Below are positions 18,345-29,421 of a DNA stretch of 64,000 nucleotides, piece by piece. The stretch lies in contig OZ243961.1 in NCBI GenBank assembly GCA_965214605.1, positions 2,944,001 to 3,008,000 on the forward strand, in the 5' to 3' direction. Within the stretch, counting starts at the first letter, position 1, and every line of letters begins with the position of its first letter. Position numbers and translations under genes: made by a program. A model generated the notes under the pieces. It was given only the letters and a program-made list of their open reading frames with translations. It was not told the origin of the DNA and did no database searches. The DNA is from an uncultured Candidatus Binatia bacterium (GTDB lineage: Bacteria; Desulfobacterota; Binatia; Bin18).

Positions 18345-19435
18345 GTGCTGAGAAGTTCTATATAGCGATCAATTGAGGTTTGGGCGGAGTAGACGTTGGC
18401 TCTGGCAATCAGTCGGCTTGGCACAATGGGATGGTCTAGGGTGTCAAGGAGCGCGTTTGCCAAGGCGGATGAATCGTTCACCGGTACGAGGTCTCCCCAT
18501 CTACCGTCCTCCAGTATCTCCCTGGGGCTGCCGGGACAGTCGGTGCTGACCACCGGCGTTCCACAGGCCATTGCTTCAACAAGCACGTTAGCAAATCCCT
18601 CATATATGGATGACAGCACGAATACGTTTGCCCGCGCCATATAGGCAAAAGGGTTAGGCTGAAATCCAGGGAAGTCAACGGTGTGCATGATTGCCAGGCT
18701 TCGAGCGAGAGCCGTCAGGCTGTGCCGCTCGGGGCCTTCGCCAAGCACGACCAGACGGGCGGGGCGAGATTGTACTAGTTCGGCAAAGGCCCTGAGCAGG
18801 ATTGCGTACCCTTTGATCGCTACTAGGCGTCCAACCGATAGGATCACTGGCACGCCCTGGACGCCAAACCACGGGTGGGCAACCGGTATTTCCGCCCTTG
18901 TGGCGTGGTCGGGCCAAACTACGGGATTATGGATGATCTGTACGAGAGGGGCAATGCGGGGTACGCTCCACTTGAGGTCGCTGGCCATCTCACACGAGAT
19001 GGCCACCACCGCATTGGCAGAGGGCAAGAGATATTTTTCCAGCCTCAGGGTCGTCCGATCCTTGAAACCGGCATGTGCATACTCCGGCGTAAAGGTATTT
19101 GCCCGCCGGACCACCACTGGAAGTTGCCCGGCGCAGAGCCTCTTGGCAAGAAGTGCAATGACATTGGCATGGGGTAGGGTGGAAACAAGTATGCTGGGAT
19201 GCTCGTGCCGCAGATAGCGCAGGAGTGGCAGAAGGGCCGCCATGGTGCGCCGAGCCTTCAGGTCTATCAGACGTACCCTGGTGGGTAGCATATTGAGATA
19301 GGGACCGTGAGCCTTGACAAGCACCATATCCACGGGAAAGCCGCGCTGGGTAAGCCCTCTGGCAAGGCCTAACATGGCCCGTTCTGCGCCGCCGCCTTCG
19401 AGAGACGGCAGAAATAGTGCTATCCGTTGTTTCAT
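18338..19435 (-). CDS. Glycosyltransferase family 4
   Basis: GGGAER, GRLVAIKG and EGFANVLVEAMACGTPVV motifs. Confidence 0.95.
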   Translation of the reverse strand: MKQRIALFLPSLEGGGAERAMLGLARGLTQRGFPVDMVLVKAHGPYLNMLPTRVRLIDLKARRTMAALLPLLRYLRHEHPSILVSTLPHANVIALLAKRLCAGQLPVVVRRANTFTPEYAHAGFKDRTTLRLEKYLLPSANAVVAISCEMASDLKWSVPRIAPLVQIIHNPVVWPDHATRAEIPVAHPWFGVQGVPVILSVGRLVAIKGYAILLRAFAELVQSRPARLVVLGEGPERHSLTALARSLAIMHTVDFPGFQPNPFAYMARANVFVLSSIYEGFANVLVEAMACGTPVVSTDCPGSPREILEDGRWGDLVPVNDSSALANALLDTLDHPIVPSRLIARANVYSAQTSIDRYIELLSTC

Positions 19436-20555
19436 GGCACTGCCCGCCGAAGTAATGCCATGAGTGTTTCCACGTAGCGTTTGGGCCTGTGCTCGGAGAC
19501 GACGAGTTGGTAGCTACGGCGTCCCATCATCACCAGCCTCTTGCGGTCGCTTACCAGCCTGAGCATGCAAGTCTCTAGGTCGTCAAGGTCGTCAGTGCGG
19601 AACACGAAGCCGTTCTCTCCCGGCCGAATGTAGATTGGGTACCGTTCGAGTCACTGCACACCACAGGGAGGGAGGGTGCCATCGCTTCGAGAGGCGAGAC
19701 GGCTGCCCACTCATCACGGCTGGCGAGGACGAATACATCATGGCCAGCATAGCGCTGTTGGACCTCAAGGAACGAGAAATTATACTGGAACGTAAGCCTG
19801 TTTTCCAGGCCTAGGCGGGCACAGTGCCGCTTGACGGCCTCCAGTTCGCGCTGATGCGCTTGGGTTGAGCATTCGTCAACGATTGTGGCTCGGACCGGAT
19901 AGCGGTGTGAAAGCCAGCGGAGGGTTTCCAGGAACAGGAGGTGGTTCTTGCGCGGCTCGTATTTGCCTATTGCCAGCATATTCACCCCTCCGCCGGCAAA
20001 CCACTGCTTGTCCTCCGGAGCGGTCTGCGACGGTATGACGAACGGTATATAGTGTAAGGGGCTGGCCGCAAGCCCAGGCTGGTCAGACGAGTCGAATACC
20101 GGCGTCAGCCATTCCGCCCCAGTGATGCGATGGACGCATGAGAGGAGGGCGCACTTCCACCATTGTAGCTGGCGCTGTTTCGATACCTGGATATAGAGAA
20201 CGAGCCGCGCGCTAATGAGCTTCGTAGTCAGCACAGACTGCAGGCCGTAGGCAGAGAAGGGGTCGCGGACGACGACCGCCGATGGGTGCAGGGTTCGCAT
20301 GGTACGCCAGAATTTGAGGGGCGGTGGTAACCTGCAGAAGTCGCCAAGGTTCACGCCGGGGCATTTTTCCGCCAGCCGTCGGAGCGTCTCAACAGTTAAC
20401 GAGCAACCCAGAACGATCGGGGTGAGGGCATCATAGGTCTCGCTCGACCCTTGGCGCAGCACGAGAAATGACACCCGATGCCCGGCGTTTTGAAGTACTT
20501 TCGCGATGAAGTGCTGGTTGGTGTGGTATCTGGGGGCGGTGTACACGAGACGCAT
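19432..20555 (-). pseudogene. GT4 glycosyltransferase with one frameshift near 19635
   Basis: After DSNGTQ the protein continues in another frame (YIRPGENGFVF...LLRRAVP*), and that stop overlaps the next ATG (ATGA). Confidence 0.8.
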
Positions 20556-21114
20556 GCTGAAACTTTGGTGCCTTTCCTGCTTTCAGCGCTACCAACTCTG
20601 GGTTTATACAATCTTAGGGCTGTTCTGGACGAATTTTCCCGATCATAGTCGCTTAGTTTGTGACTATCCCCACACGATAGGCTCCGGCGACTGTATCCGT
20701 CGAAACCATCTTCTCGGATAGCTACGACTAGGACTGCACCCTACATCACCGATTTTATCATGAGGAGATTGATCAGGTCTAGGGCGGGATCTTCTTGGCT
20801 GTTGCGAACGTTTTGGTGTATCCCCGCAATCGCAATCGACACCCGTGTTTCTCATTAGCGCTTTGGATTCATCGTTACAGAGCGTCAGGTATTCTTTCGA
20901 CGACAGAGCATTGAGACGTTCATATCTGGTGCCATTTGCAGGAATCGTGTGGTGTGAATTCAGGCTGCTTAGTCCCTGGGCCAGCTCTTGAGGATCAACC
21001 AAAAGTCGTGCGTCAAGATGTTGTCGAAATGTGTGTAGGGTTCAGAGTCCTCGTTTGGATAGGCGAAATGAATCTGAATATCCTTATTTTTGTGCAAACG
21101 CCGGTCCCAGGTTA

Positions 21115-21996
21115 TCAAGAAACCATTTCAACTCGTACTGAAGTCCTCCCGTTGTCGGGAGAACACTGCTGGTCACCTAGTCCTAGGTCCTTTTCCACCC
21201 CATAGCTCCACGCCTGAGCAATCAGTCCTGCCCGGTACGACTCTGAAAACCGTCCCATGATGACCAGGCGTGTCTGGAATTGGCGACGCACCAGCCCGAG
21301 TGCCTCAATAAGGGTGGAGGAGTACTTCCGCCCCCCGTTCGGAATAATAGATGATTCGTCAGCCCCAAACCAGGGGGGACCACCACCTGTGCCAGCCGCA
21401 TAGGTCGGCGGAAGATATGGGAACGTAGATAGTGTGAACCCTCTCGGGCCTGATGGCCAAGAGTTGCGACACTTCACGACCGACGCCTTTTGGGATTCGT
21501 CTGCCCTCGGATAGAGCGCTCTTGCCACGGACAATCAGTTTCTAGCGTAGCTCAAGCCAACGTTGTTGTGAATGGAAACCGTAGGACGGGAGCGATCTGT
21601 CAACTCCGCTGCGTAGATAGCAGAGGCATTTGCGGACGGGAGCGCCAGACGGGGCCGCGCCAGGCGAATGGAGCGCGCAATGATAGAGGTGTAGAGCGCG
21701 TATCTGCGCCTGACGGGTGCGCCCAAACGCTTCCACCTGAGAGCCAGCCAGGCTCGGGCGGCGTCTTCACCTTGATGCTACGCTCTCGGCAGTGGCCAAG
21801 CAGCGCCGGGTCAGAGTTCCACAGCCTCGAATGGCAGAGCGGCATCTCGCTTGAAACGCTCCATCACCAGGTCTATCCGGTGGCCGCGTTCAATGGGCGA
21901 CTTTGCCAGGGTAAGGATAAGCTGCTGCGCCCCACCTACTTCCAGGCCTGGGAGCACGCCCCCGGTATGAAGCGTGTCAGAGGTAAGCGTGCCCAC
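21115..21996 (-). pseudogene. Heavily decayed GT4 glycosyltransferase
   Basis: Fragments GGAQQLILTLAK, RALYPRAD and LIEALGLVRRQFQTRLVIMG in different frames. Confidence 0.7.
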
Positions 21997-22002
21997 GCTT
22001 TA

Positions 22003-23358
22003 TCATATCCGGTAACTCTGTCGGAGTATCGCCATGCTAAACGGGATGAGAACCAGAGCAAGGACCCAGCTGTAGGTAGTTCTCGCCCAAGCCGCTCCCT
22101 CCGCGCCATACACAGGGACAAGCCACATGAAGAAGGGGATAGAGACCACGAGTCCTACCAGTATGGATAGCAGCGAGGGCCAGGCACGTCCCGCCGCTAG
22201 GGGCAGCGCGCCGAGCACGGCCATGCTGCTGGAGAAAACGGCCGCAGGAATGAGAATCAGCAACAGTGATGCAACGCCGGAAAAGCCCTCTCCTAGAAAG
22301 AGCCGGATGACAGGATCACGGAAGAGGGCCAACGCCCCGAATGCCGTGGCGGACACTGCGAACGCTAACAGGGTAAAGCGGAGCGAGGTGCGTCGCAAGG
22401 CCGCCCCCTGCCCCGCGTACCACTGCCGGCTGTACTCGGGCTGGACTCCATTGACGATCATCCGGACGGGACTTCCCACAGCGTCCGTAATCTGTCGGGC
22501 CGCGCGATATATCCCAACATCGGCTATGCTGGTGAGTTGCGCCACGAAGATGGAGTCTATAGAGCCGGCTACTGCCGCCAGAGTCATTCTGCCGAATGTG
22601 GCGGTCTGGAATTGTATCACGTCCGACCGGACTTTGATCGACGGCAAGCGTAGCAGGTTTGTCATGCCTGTCTGCCGTGTCGACACGACCATGGCGGCTA
22701 GCAGCCCGCCTCCGCGCACTCCAGCCCAGACAACCTGTGCCAGGATGACCTCGAACAGCCCGCCCTCCGTCAACCACACTGAGAGAAGCAGGGCAACCCG
22801 GGTCAGAGTGCTGACGACACTCACGGCCAACCCCAGCGATATCTGATCGGACAGCCGCAGCACCGCCAGAGCCTCAGTTTGTGTCGCCATCAGGATGCCC
22901 ACAACGCCGTACAGGAGCATGGCGTCTAGGTAGGCCTGCTCAATTCCTAGCAAACCGCTAGTTGTCAAGGCGAGGGCGGCAATGGCGGCGTAGGTGATGA
23001 CCGACAGCCCGAAGGACACGGCCAGCGTGAAACGCAATATGCGAGATGCCTCCTCGAGTCGTCCCTCAGCGATCTCCCGCGTGACAAAGGTCGTGACCGT
23101 GCTGCCTCCCGGTATAGACAACACTCCGTAGATAAGTGAGGTCACGGCGATAATAACGGCCAGGACTCCGAAGCCCTCCGGCCCGAGAATCCTGGTGGAA
23201 AGGGCTATCTGCACGAGTCCGCCTAAGAGCTCGACCGTAGTGATGGCGCTCAACCAGAGGGTCTGTCGCACGACGTGTCGGTCTGAAACGGAGAGATTCC
23301 GATGTATTGATCGGAAAAAGAGAGCGCGGGAAGAGGCTTGCAGCCCGACAGTATTCAT
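22003..23358 (-). CDS. Polysaccharide flippase (Wzx-like)
   Basis: LGPEGFG, VGIYRAA and YGAEGAAWA motifs; many TM helices; start uncertain. Confidence 0.88.
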   Translation of the reverse strand: MNTVGLQASSRALFFRSIHRNLSVSDRHVVRQTLWLSAITTVELLGGLVQIALSTRILGPEGFGVLAVIIAVTSLIYGVLSIPGGSTVTTFVTREIAEGRLEEASRILRFTLAVSFGLSVITYAAIAALALTTSGLLGIEQAYLDAMLLYGVVGILMATQTEALAVLRLSDQISLGLAVSVVSTLTRVALLLSVWLTEGGLFEVILAQVVWAGVRGGGLLAAMVVSTRQTGMTNLLRLPSIKVRSDVIQFQTATFGRMTLAAVAGSIDSIFVAQLTSIADVGIYRAARQITDAVGSPVRMIVNGVQPEYSRQWYAGQGAALRRTSLRFTLLAFAVSATAFGALALFRDPVIRLFLGEGFSGVASLLLILIPAAVFSSSMAVLGALPLAAGRAWPSLLSILVGLVVSIPFFMWLVPVYGAEGAAWARTTYSWVLALVLIPFSMAILRQSYRI

Positions 23359-24102
23359 GAGGGATAGTTTCAAATGAGATGAGCATCCCCGCGCTCTCTG
23401 TCCTGGCATCCGGTTGGCGACGAACCAGATGTCAGTGGGACGGGCCGTAGGGTCAAGCGACTCATCGCCTCCTACAATGCGGGTGAAAAGCCGTGGGGCT
23501 GACAGAGCAGGGGCGGCACCTGCAACGTGAAAAACCCTGCCGATCAACCAGCCCTTGATGTAAGAACCTCACTCGGTCGAATGCGAACAGGAAGACCCCC
23601 ATCACTGTCCTCTCTCCGAATCGGCATTCTGTAGGATACAAATGGGAGGAACTGCAAGGCTTATCGGTGTCCCAGTCAATCGTCTTAGGGGACACCGTAT
23701 ATGCCCGAGACCAAAGGTATCCAGCCATACAGAACGCTTTCAGGCTTCGGCACGTGCACCCGCCGCCGGCGATTCTATGGTCTCTGCTCCAGCACCTTGA
23801 AGCCCCAATGCCCCTGCTCTCCAACTTATCCTGGTAGCGGAGCCAATAACGTCGACGTCCGGGGGAGACTGAAGGTCGACAACGATCAGCCTGTTTGCAT
23901 CCGCAAGCCTTATGAAATCCAGGGCGGCGACCCGCCGCCTCCAACGTGCAGCACCTTCCCGCGGCTTCCCACGTCCTGTTTGATATTGACGGACACTGAG
24001 CGCACCCCACGCTTGCCCCTCGCCATACCTCCGCAAGGATGAGCATCCGTTCACGAGTCTGACCGTGTCATCAAGACGCTGGTATGCGGCTCTCCTGCTG
24101 GC

Positions 24103-24882
24103 CTACAGGTCAATCGGCAGGGTCAAATACTCGTGATAGATGAAATCACGGTGGTCAAACAGAATCGGCCTGACGGCCGCTTCAAGTACGGGGTCGGTAT
24201 TGATGTACATGGACCGGAAGGCTTTTGGCATAGGGCACAGCTCGTCGGGCAGGGGTTTGATCAGGGCGGTGAAGGCCGCCGAGTAGATGTCCAACGCGCT
24301 CAACTGCTCGCCAATATAGAACCGACTGCCGGCGGCATGCTGTTGCTCAAGCTGGGTGCACAGAAACCGGATAATGTCTGCCGTCTTGCGCGGGGCGGCC
24401 TCCGCTCTTGTCGACCCATAGCCGTATTTGTCGCCGATATATTTGGCAAAGGTGCGGTCTTTAGGGCTGGCGTCCGGGTCGCTCAGGACCGGATGGACCA
24501 GCATCAGGCGCTTTGACCAGCCGAACCCGGTCTCCCCGCACAGCTCGTTGCAGTATCCGAACATGGTCGCCCGGTCCTCAATTGAGGACGGGATCAAGGC
24601 CGGCTCGGGGGCGAGCCGCTCGGCTAGGTACAGCAGCTCAACCCAGGTGCAGCGCGGAGGCTCGTCGTTCCATACGGCGACTGGCGCGGTGGCCTGAGCC
24701 GACCACTCAATCAACGCCTTATTCTCTCCGCCAATCTCCTGGGCCACCCGGACATAGGGGATCTTCTTGACATCAAAAATACCCTTGGCCGCCTCGCTCC
24801 ACGGCCCCGGCAACCCCGGAGTTAGCACCAGTCTTAGTCCAGACATGGTCCGCGCTTGCTCAACGCTGATATATTCCGCCAT
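24103..24882 (-). CDS. Glutathione S-transferase-like protein
   Basis: PGPWSEAAK, TAPV and FYIGEQLSALDIY motifs. Confidence 0.75.
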   Translation of the reverse strand: MAEYISVEQARTMSGLRLVLTPGLPGPWSEAAKGIFDVKKIPYVRVAQEIGGENKALIEWSAQATAPVAVWNDEPPRCTWVELLYLAERLAPEPALIPSSIEDRATMFGYCNELCGETGFGWSKRLMLVHPVLSDPDASPKDRTFAKYIGDKYGYGSTRAEAAPRKTADIIRFLCTQLEQQHAAGSRFYIGEQLSALDIYSAAFTALIKPLPDELCPMPKAFRSMYINTDPVLEAAVRPILFDHRDFIYHEYLTLPIDL

Positions 24883-24984
24883 ATTCCTTCCCGGCCTTTG
24901 TTTATCTCGAAGTTTAGCGTAGTCTGGCATAGAAAGAGGGGCTTGGAAATACCCTCAGAGCCGCTCTACCGACGGACCCCCCCT

Positions 24985-26403
24985 ATGACCTTGCCTACCC
25001 GGAACGGCCTGCGCGAAATTCTCGGCCTGGCTCTGCCGATCATTGCCTCGATGGCCTCGTTCACCGTCATGGGCTTTGTCGATACCTGGATGGTCGCCCT
25101 AGTTGGCACCGCAGAAGTCGCCGCAGTCATGCCGGGCGGCGTCATCGCCTTTACCATTACCGCCCTGCCGCTAGGCATTGCACGCTGCGTGAGTATCTTT
25201 GCCGCCCAGGCAGTCGGACGGAATGATCCCCAGGCCGGGGCCGGCTATGCCTGGCAGGGGCTCTATTTTGGGGCCGGTGTGGGCGTCGTGTGTGGCGTGT
25301 TATGGCCGGTCGCGCCGAGCTTTTTTGCCCTGTTCGGTCATGAACCCGAGGTGCTAGTCCTTGAAGTCGCCTACTTCCGGGTACGGGTGTGGGGCATTGG
25401 CTTGTCAGTGATGATCGGAGCCTTGAGCGGCTTCTTCTATGGGATTCACCGCCCCAAGATCGCCCTGATCGGGGTGCTGAGCGCCAATCTGACCAATATC
25501 GTCCTGAACTATATGTTTATCTTCGGCAATTGGGGCGCCCCCCAGCTCGGTCTGACCGGGGCGGCCCTGGCGATGGTTCTGAGCTTCGTGGTCCAGCTTG
25601 GGGTGCTGCTGGGCGTGTTTCTGTCGTCGTCCTACCAAATCGAGTTCTCTGCCCGCCTGAGCTGGCGGCCTGACTGGATACTGACGCGCCAGCTGCTGCA
25701 CATCGGCTGGCCGGCTGGCATGCAGGGCGTGCTTGACATGTTGGGCTGGGGACTGCTGATCATCATGCTTGTCGGCCGTTTTGGCAAAGAGCATTTGGCC
25801 GCTAGCAATATTGCCATTCAATACATGATGATCTCGTTCATGCCGGCGATGGGTCTGTCCCAGGCGCTGTCGGCCCTGGTCGGGCGCTACATTGGTGAGG
25901 GGAGATTGGAGACCGCGGTTCAGCGGGTCTATGAAACGCTAGGCGTGTGTCTGCTGTACGTTAGCCTGGTCAGCCTCTTCTTTTTCTTCTGGCGCTTTTC
26001 CCTCATCGCCGTCTTCAGCTCAGAGCCGCTCGTCGTTCAGCTGGGGGCGAACATGCTGCTGTGTGCGGTGGCCTTCCAGCTGTTTGACGGCTTGGGCATG
26101 ACCTTTTTCGGCGCTCTACGGGGTGCCGGCGACACCCACTGGCCGGCCGGCTTTACAGTCGTCGCCCTAGTGTGTGTATTTGCCCCTCTCAGCCTAGGCT
26201 GTGTCGCCTATACCGGGCTGGAATCGCTCGGCCCGTGGCTGGCCGGGACGGTCAATGTGATCGTCCTCGGACTGGGGTTCTGGTGGCGTTTCCGACAGGG
26301 CAGTTGGCGGCGGATCAATATTTTTGCTCTGCCCAACGCCGGCCGACGCCAAGGGCCGGCCGAATCCGGGACAGCCACTGCTCTCTCCCCTGAACCCGAC
26401 TGA
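24985..26403 (+). CDS. MATE family efflux transporter
   Basis: LALPI..VDTWMV, GLTGAALA and ALRGAGDT motifs; about 12 TM helices. Confidence 0.93.
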   Translation: MTLPTRNGLREILGLALPIIASMASFTVMGFVDTWMVALVGTAEVAAVMPGGVIAFTITALPLGIARCVSIFAAQAVGRNDPQAGAGYAWQGLYFGAGVGVVCGVLWPVAPSFFALFGHEPEVLVLEVAYFRVRVWGIGLSVMIGALSGFFYGIHRPKIALIGVLSANLTNIVLNYMFIFGNWGAPQLGLTGAALAMVLSFVVQLGVLLGVFLSSSYQIEFSARLSWRPDWILTRQLLHIGWPAGMQGVLDMLGWGLLIIMLVGRFGKEHLAASNIAIQYMMISFMPAMGLSQALSALVGRYIGEGRLETAVQRVYETLGVCLLYVSLVSLFFFFWRFSLIAVFSSEPLVVQLGANMLLCAVAFQLFDGLGMTFFGALRGAGDTHWPAGFTVVALVCVFAPLSLGCVAYTGLESLGPWLAGTVNVIVLGLGFWWRFRQGSWRRINIFALPNAGRRQGPAESGTATALSPEPD

Positions 26404-27399
26404 CTAGGCTGCGGCCCTGTGCTCGGGCTCACGGATGCCCATCCTGCCCAGCTTGTCGATCGCCCGTTGGCTCAGCAGGCCCACCTTGCTCATATTGCTC
26501 CACAGAGCGGCGTGAAAGTCTTTCTTGAAATACTGGCGGAAAGCGACATATTCGCTCTTCTTCGCCGCTGCACGACGCAGCTTTTTGATGTCGTCAATCT
26601 CGGCCTTACTGAAACCGACCGCCTCGTACGCTTCCCGCGGGAACTGGCCCTGGAGCAGGCCGGCGGTCGCTACACAAGCAAAGTCTTCGGCCTCTTTCCG
26701 CTCTTGAGCCGACAGGTCCCCGATCTGCTCGGGCAGGCTCAGCATGCCAAAGCCCATGTGTCGGGATTCATCGGCCAGAATACGCTGGCAGATCTGGTTG
26801 ATCAGCGGGTCTGGGCTGTGGTCGGCCAGCATACGGAACAGAGACACGGCCAGGGTTTCGGCAACCAGCTGGGTGCCAACCGTTTTGAGGTACCACAGAG
26901 GACTTTCGAGTACCCGGTCAAACATATCGCTCAGGTTCGACGTGAGGGGGTAGGTGATGCCGACTTTCTGGTACAGATAGCGGGCGAGGACCTCGGAATG
27001 GCGGGCTTCGTCCATCACCTGGGTGGCCATGAAGAACTTGGCGTCAATACCCGGCACGGCGTTGGCGATCTGTCCACAGACCATCAGGGCAAACTGTTCA
27101 CCGTACATGAGCTGACTGATCCGCCAGGCCGAAAAATGGCGGTTCAGTTCCAGTCGTTCGGCCGCGCTCATACGGTTCCAGTACGGGGTGCCGTAAATAT
27201 CAATCAGGCCGTCGGGTAAAATCCCACAGTCTGGATCTAGGCCACTGTCCCAATCAATGTCGGTCGATGCGTTCCACTGATCACGTTTGGCTTTCTCGTA
27301 CAGGCTGCGCATTGCTGGCGCTTCGACATCAAGAAACTGGGTGACAACCGCCGGACCATTGGCGGGAACCTCGCGGGCGTGGGATGGTAATCGCTGCAT
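26404..27399 (-). CDS. Ferritin-like diiron protein (AurF/desaturase-like)
   Basis: E...DEARH...E...DESRH diiron ligand set. Confidence 0.85.
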   Translation of the reverse strand: MQRLPSHAREVPANGPAVVTQFLDVEAPAMRSLYEKAKRDQWNASTDIDWDSGLDPDCGILPDGLIDIYGTPYWNRMSAAERLELNRHFSAWRISQLMYGEQFALMVCGQIANAVPGIDAKFFMATQVMDEARHSEVLARYLYQKVGITYPLTSNLSDMFDRVLESPLWYLKTVGTQLVAETLAVSLFRMLADHSPDPLINQICQRILADESRHMGFGMLSLPEQIGDLSAQERKEAEDFACVATAGLLQGQFPREAYEAVGFSKAEIDDIKKLRRAAAKKSEYVAFRQYFKKDFHAALWSNMSKVGLLSQRAIDKLGRMGIREPEHRAAA

Positions 27400-27540
27400 A
27401 GCGGCTTTCCTTTGTGGTTTACCGAAGAGTTGCAATAATGAACGTCGTCGTCATTGTTATCTCCTGTCGGAATTGTGTCAAGAGGTTTGCCGGGCGGGTA
27501 CGGCTGACGACGGGGGTTTTCTCATATATGATGGGAGATC

Positions 27541-28131
27541 ATGGAACAGCCTACTCAGATCCCACAATCACCGCGGCGTGGTGTCGTCCTTGGCGGGTGT
27601 CTGGCGTTCGTGCTTGCCGCGGGCCTAGCCTGGACCTTCACCCCCTCCTACGCACTGTACCACATCCGGCGTGCCCTAGAGACCCACGACTATGAACGTT
27701 TTGCCCACTATGTGGATGTTGACCGTGTTGTCGGCGCCGCACTTGACGAACTTGGTCTCAGCTCCCCACTCGACGAAGCCAGCGACGAAGACTCGCTAGC
27801 CGATATATTTCGGCAGGGTCTCCAGGCCCTCGGTACCGAGGTGCGCGGCCTGGTCTCGGCTGGCGTTGGGTTTATGATTAAACAGGCTGTTCAGGACCAG
27901 AGCCGCCAGCTGCCGGCTATTCCAACGGTGGCAATTCTTGGCGCGATCTTTGCCGGTGAAGCCCAGGACAGCACCCGCCGTTTCTCCGTTCACCTGCAAA
28001 ACGGGCAACAGATTGGGGTACGGATGCAGAAGTCTGACCAGGGCGTATGGCGGGTAGTCGCCGTGACCAACATTAAGGGACTACTGGCTCAACTGAAAGA
28101 GCGCTGGCTTGATGGTCAGGCTGTAGAATAA
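27541..28131 (+). CDS. DUF2939-like membrane-anchored protein
   Basis: N-terminal TM helix followed by TPSYAL..HD...YVD. Confidence 0.65.
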   Translation: MEQPTQIPQSPRRGVVLGGCLAFVLAAGLAWTFTPSYALYHIRRALETHDYERFAHYVDVDRVVGAALDELGLSSPLDEASDEDSLADIFRQGLQALGTEVRGLVSAGVGFMIKQAVQDQSRQLPAIPTVAILGAIFAGEAQDSTRRFSVHLQNGQQIGVRMQKSDQGVWRVVAVTNIKGLLAQLKERWLDGQAVE

Positions 28132-28268
28132 GACCTGCACCGGATGCCAGGAAAAGGAAGCCCGAGAGCACTGGAATGCCGCGGCGCGTTGCTCTTCGCT
28201 CGCTATCCACTTGGGAGGCCCTCTGGGTCTCGGAGAGGAGATTCCGCGCAGCGGGAGAGAAAAAGAGA

Positions 28269-28460
28269 GAAGCTGAGGTGTACCACGCTCTCAAAGAGTT
28301 TGCGCAGCGTGTGTTGCTCCAATGATGACCATGGCGGCAGCAAGCGACGTTTTTCTTCACGCGAACACTGATGAGGACACGCTGAAGAGTGGCCGAAATA
28401 GGCGCTACCATCGAAGAAAAATATGACGTTTGTCCTGCTGCGCTCCCGTCTGCTCAGGTG
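28269..28460 (+). pseudogene. Possible remnant of a small nucleotidyltransferase-like gene
   Basis: Cross-frame reading EVYHALKEFAQRV / DVFLHANTDEDTLK / VAEIGATIEEKYDV. Confidence 0.35.
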
Positions 28461-28506
28461 AGGCGAGGCGTTCTTCTTCCGGTCATTGGCCCTGACGGGC
28501 CGCGCC

Positions 28507-28535
28507 TTGACGCTCAGAACGCCCCTTCCTATAAG
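28507..28535 (+). promoter_or_regulatory. Putative sigma70 promoter
   Basis: TTGACG-17 nt-TATAAG upstream of ATG 28572. Confidence 0.4.
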
Positions 28536-28571
28536 TGCCGCTTGGGAAGCCGCATGAACGAGGAGAGTTCT

Positions 28572-29405
28572 ATGAGCACACACAAAACGTCCCCCGACAC
28601 CTTTGCCCCCTATGTCTTTCAGACCCGTAACACCCGCGAGGGTGAGAACAAAGCGCATAGTCGCGAGGCCGCCCAAGTCATGGGCTTTCGGGGGGCCATC
28701 GTTGGTGGGGCGATCGTGTACGGTCAGATGATCCGGCCTGTGGTGGAGCGCTATGGAGTGCGCTGGTTGGGACGCCACTGGTGTAGCCTGCGCTTTAAAG
28801 CCCCGGCCTATGACGACGACTATGTCACGTCTCATATCAGGCGGGAAACGAGCGACGCCGGTGATCCGGCCTTTTGTATTCAGGCCACGAACGAAGACGG
28901 TCAAGAGCTGATTGAGATGCGAACCCACATTCCCGCCACACTGCCTGAGGTTGATGCCTTGGCTGCCCTTGAGCCCCAAGACTGGCAGGGCGAGCGGCAG
29001 CTAGGAACCTGGCAGCGTATGCAGCTGAACACGCCATTTCGACCGTTCCGCTTTCGGTTGACCCCCGCTCAGCAACACACCTATTGTGAGCTGACCCACG
29101 ACCGGTTGGCGCTGTATGTAGTAAGGAGAGACGCGCCGCTCCACCCAGGGCTGCTCATGGCCCAGGGCAGTCTGGCGGTCCAGCATCAGTTTGTGATGCC
29201 GTTTTGGATTCATACCGGTAGCACGATTCTGACCCGGCAGCTGATCCGGGTTGGGGATGAGGTCGAGCTGCGGTGTACGCCGATTGAAAAGTGGAAACGG
29301 GGGGAGAACGAGTGGGTGACATTTTATCAGGCCTACTATCTCAACGACCAGCCGGCGATTGAGGTCTGGAAGACGTCGATTATCAAGGTCGCCAATCGAA
29401 GCTAA
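28572..29405 (+). CDS. Double hot-dog fold (MaoC-like) protein
   Basis: NKAH..AAQVMGFRGAIVGG and LRFKAPAYD motifs; GAGGAG RBS. Confidence 0.7.
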   Translation: MSTHKTSPDTFAPYVFQTRNTREGENKAHSREAAQVMGFRGAIVGGAIVYGQMIRPVVERYGVRWLGRHWCSLRFKAPAYDDDYVTSHIRRETSDAGDPAFCIQATNEDGQELIEMRTHIPATLPEVDALAALEPQDWQGERQLGTWQRMQLNTPFRPFRFRLTPAQQHTYCELTHDRLALYVVRRDAPLHPGLLMAQGSLAVQHQFVMPFWIHTGSTILTRQLIRVGDEVELRCTPIEKWKRGENEWVTFYQAYYLNDQPAIEVWKTSIIKVANRS

Positions 29406-29421
29406 TTGATTATGAGGAGGG

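Noticed and set aside
26419-27219. Long antisense ORFs (e.g. 26419..27219, 22127..22846, 10456..11160, 28203..28979)
   Set aside because: Shadow frames of well-supported genes in GC-rich DNA.
28343-28406. Hammerhead-ribozyme-like core (CTGATGAG...CGAAA) with partial stems
   Set aside because: All three stems contain mismatches, no NUH cleavage triplet pairs correctly, and the same bases read as a decayed coding sequence. An Infernal search against hammerhead models would settle it.
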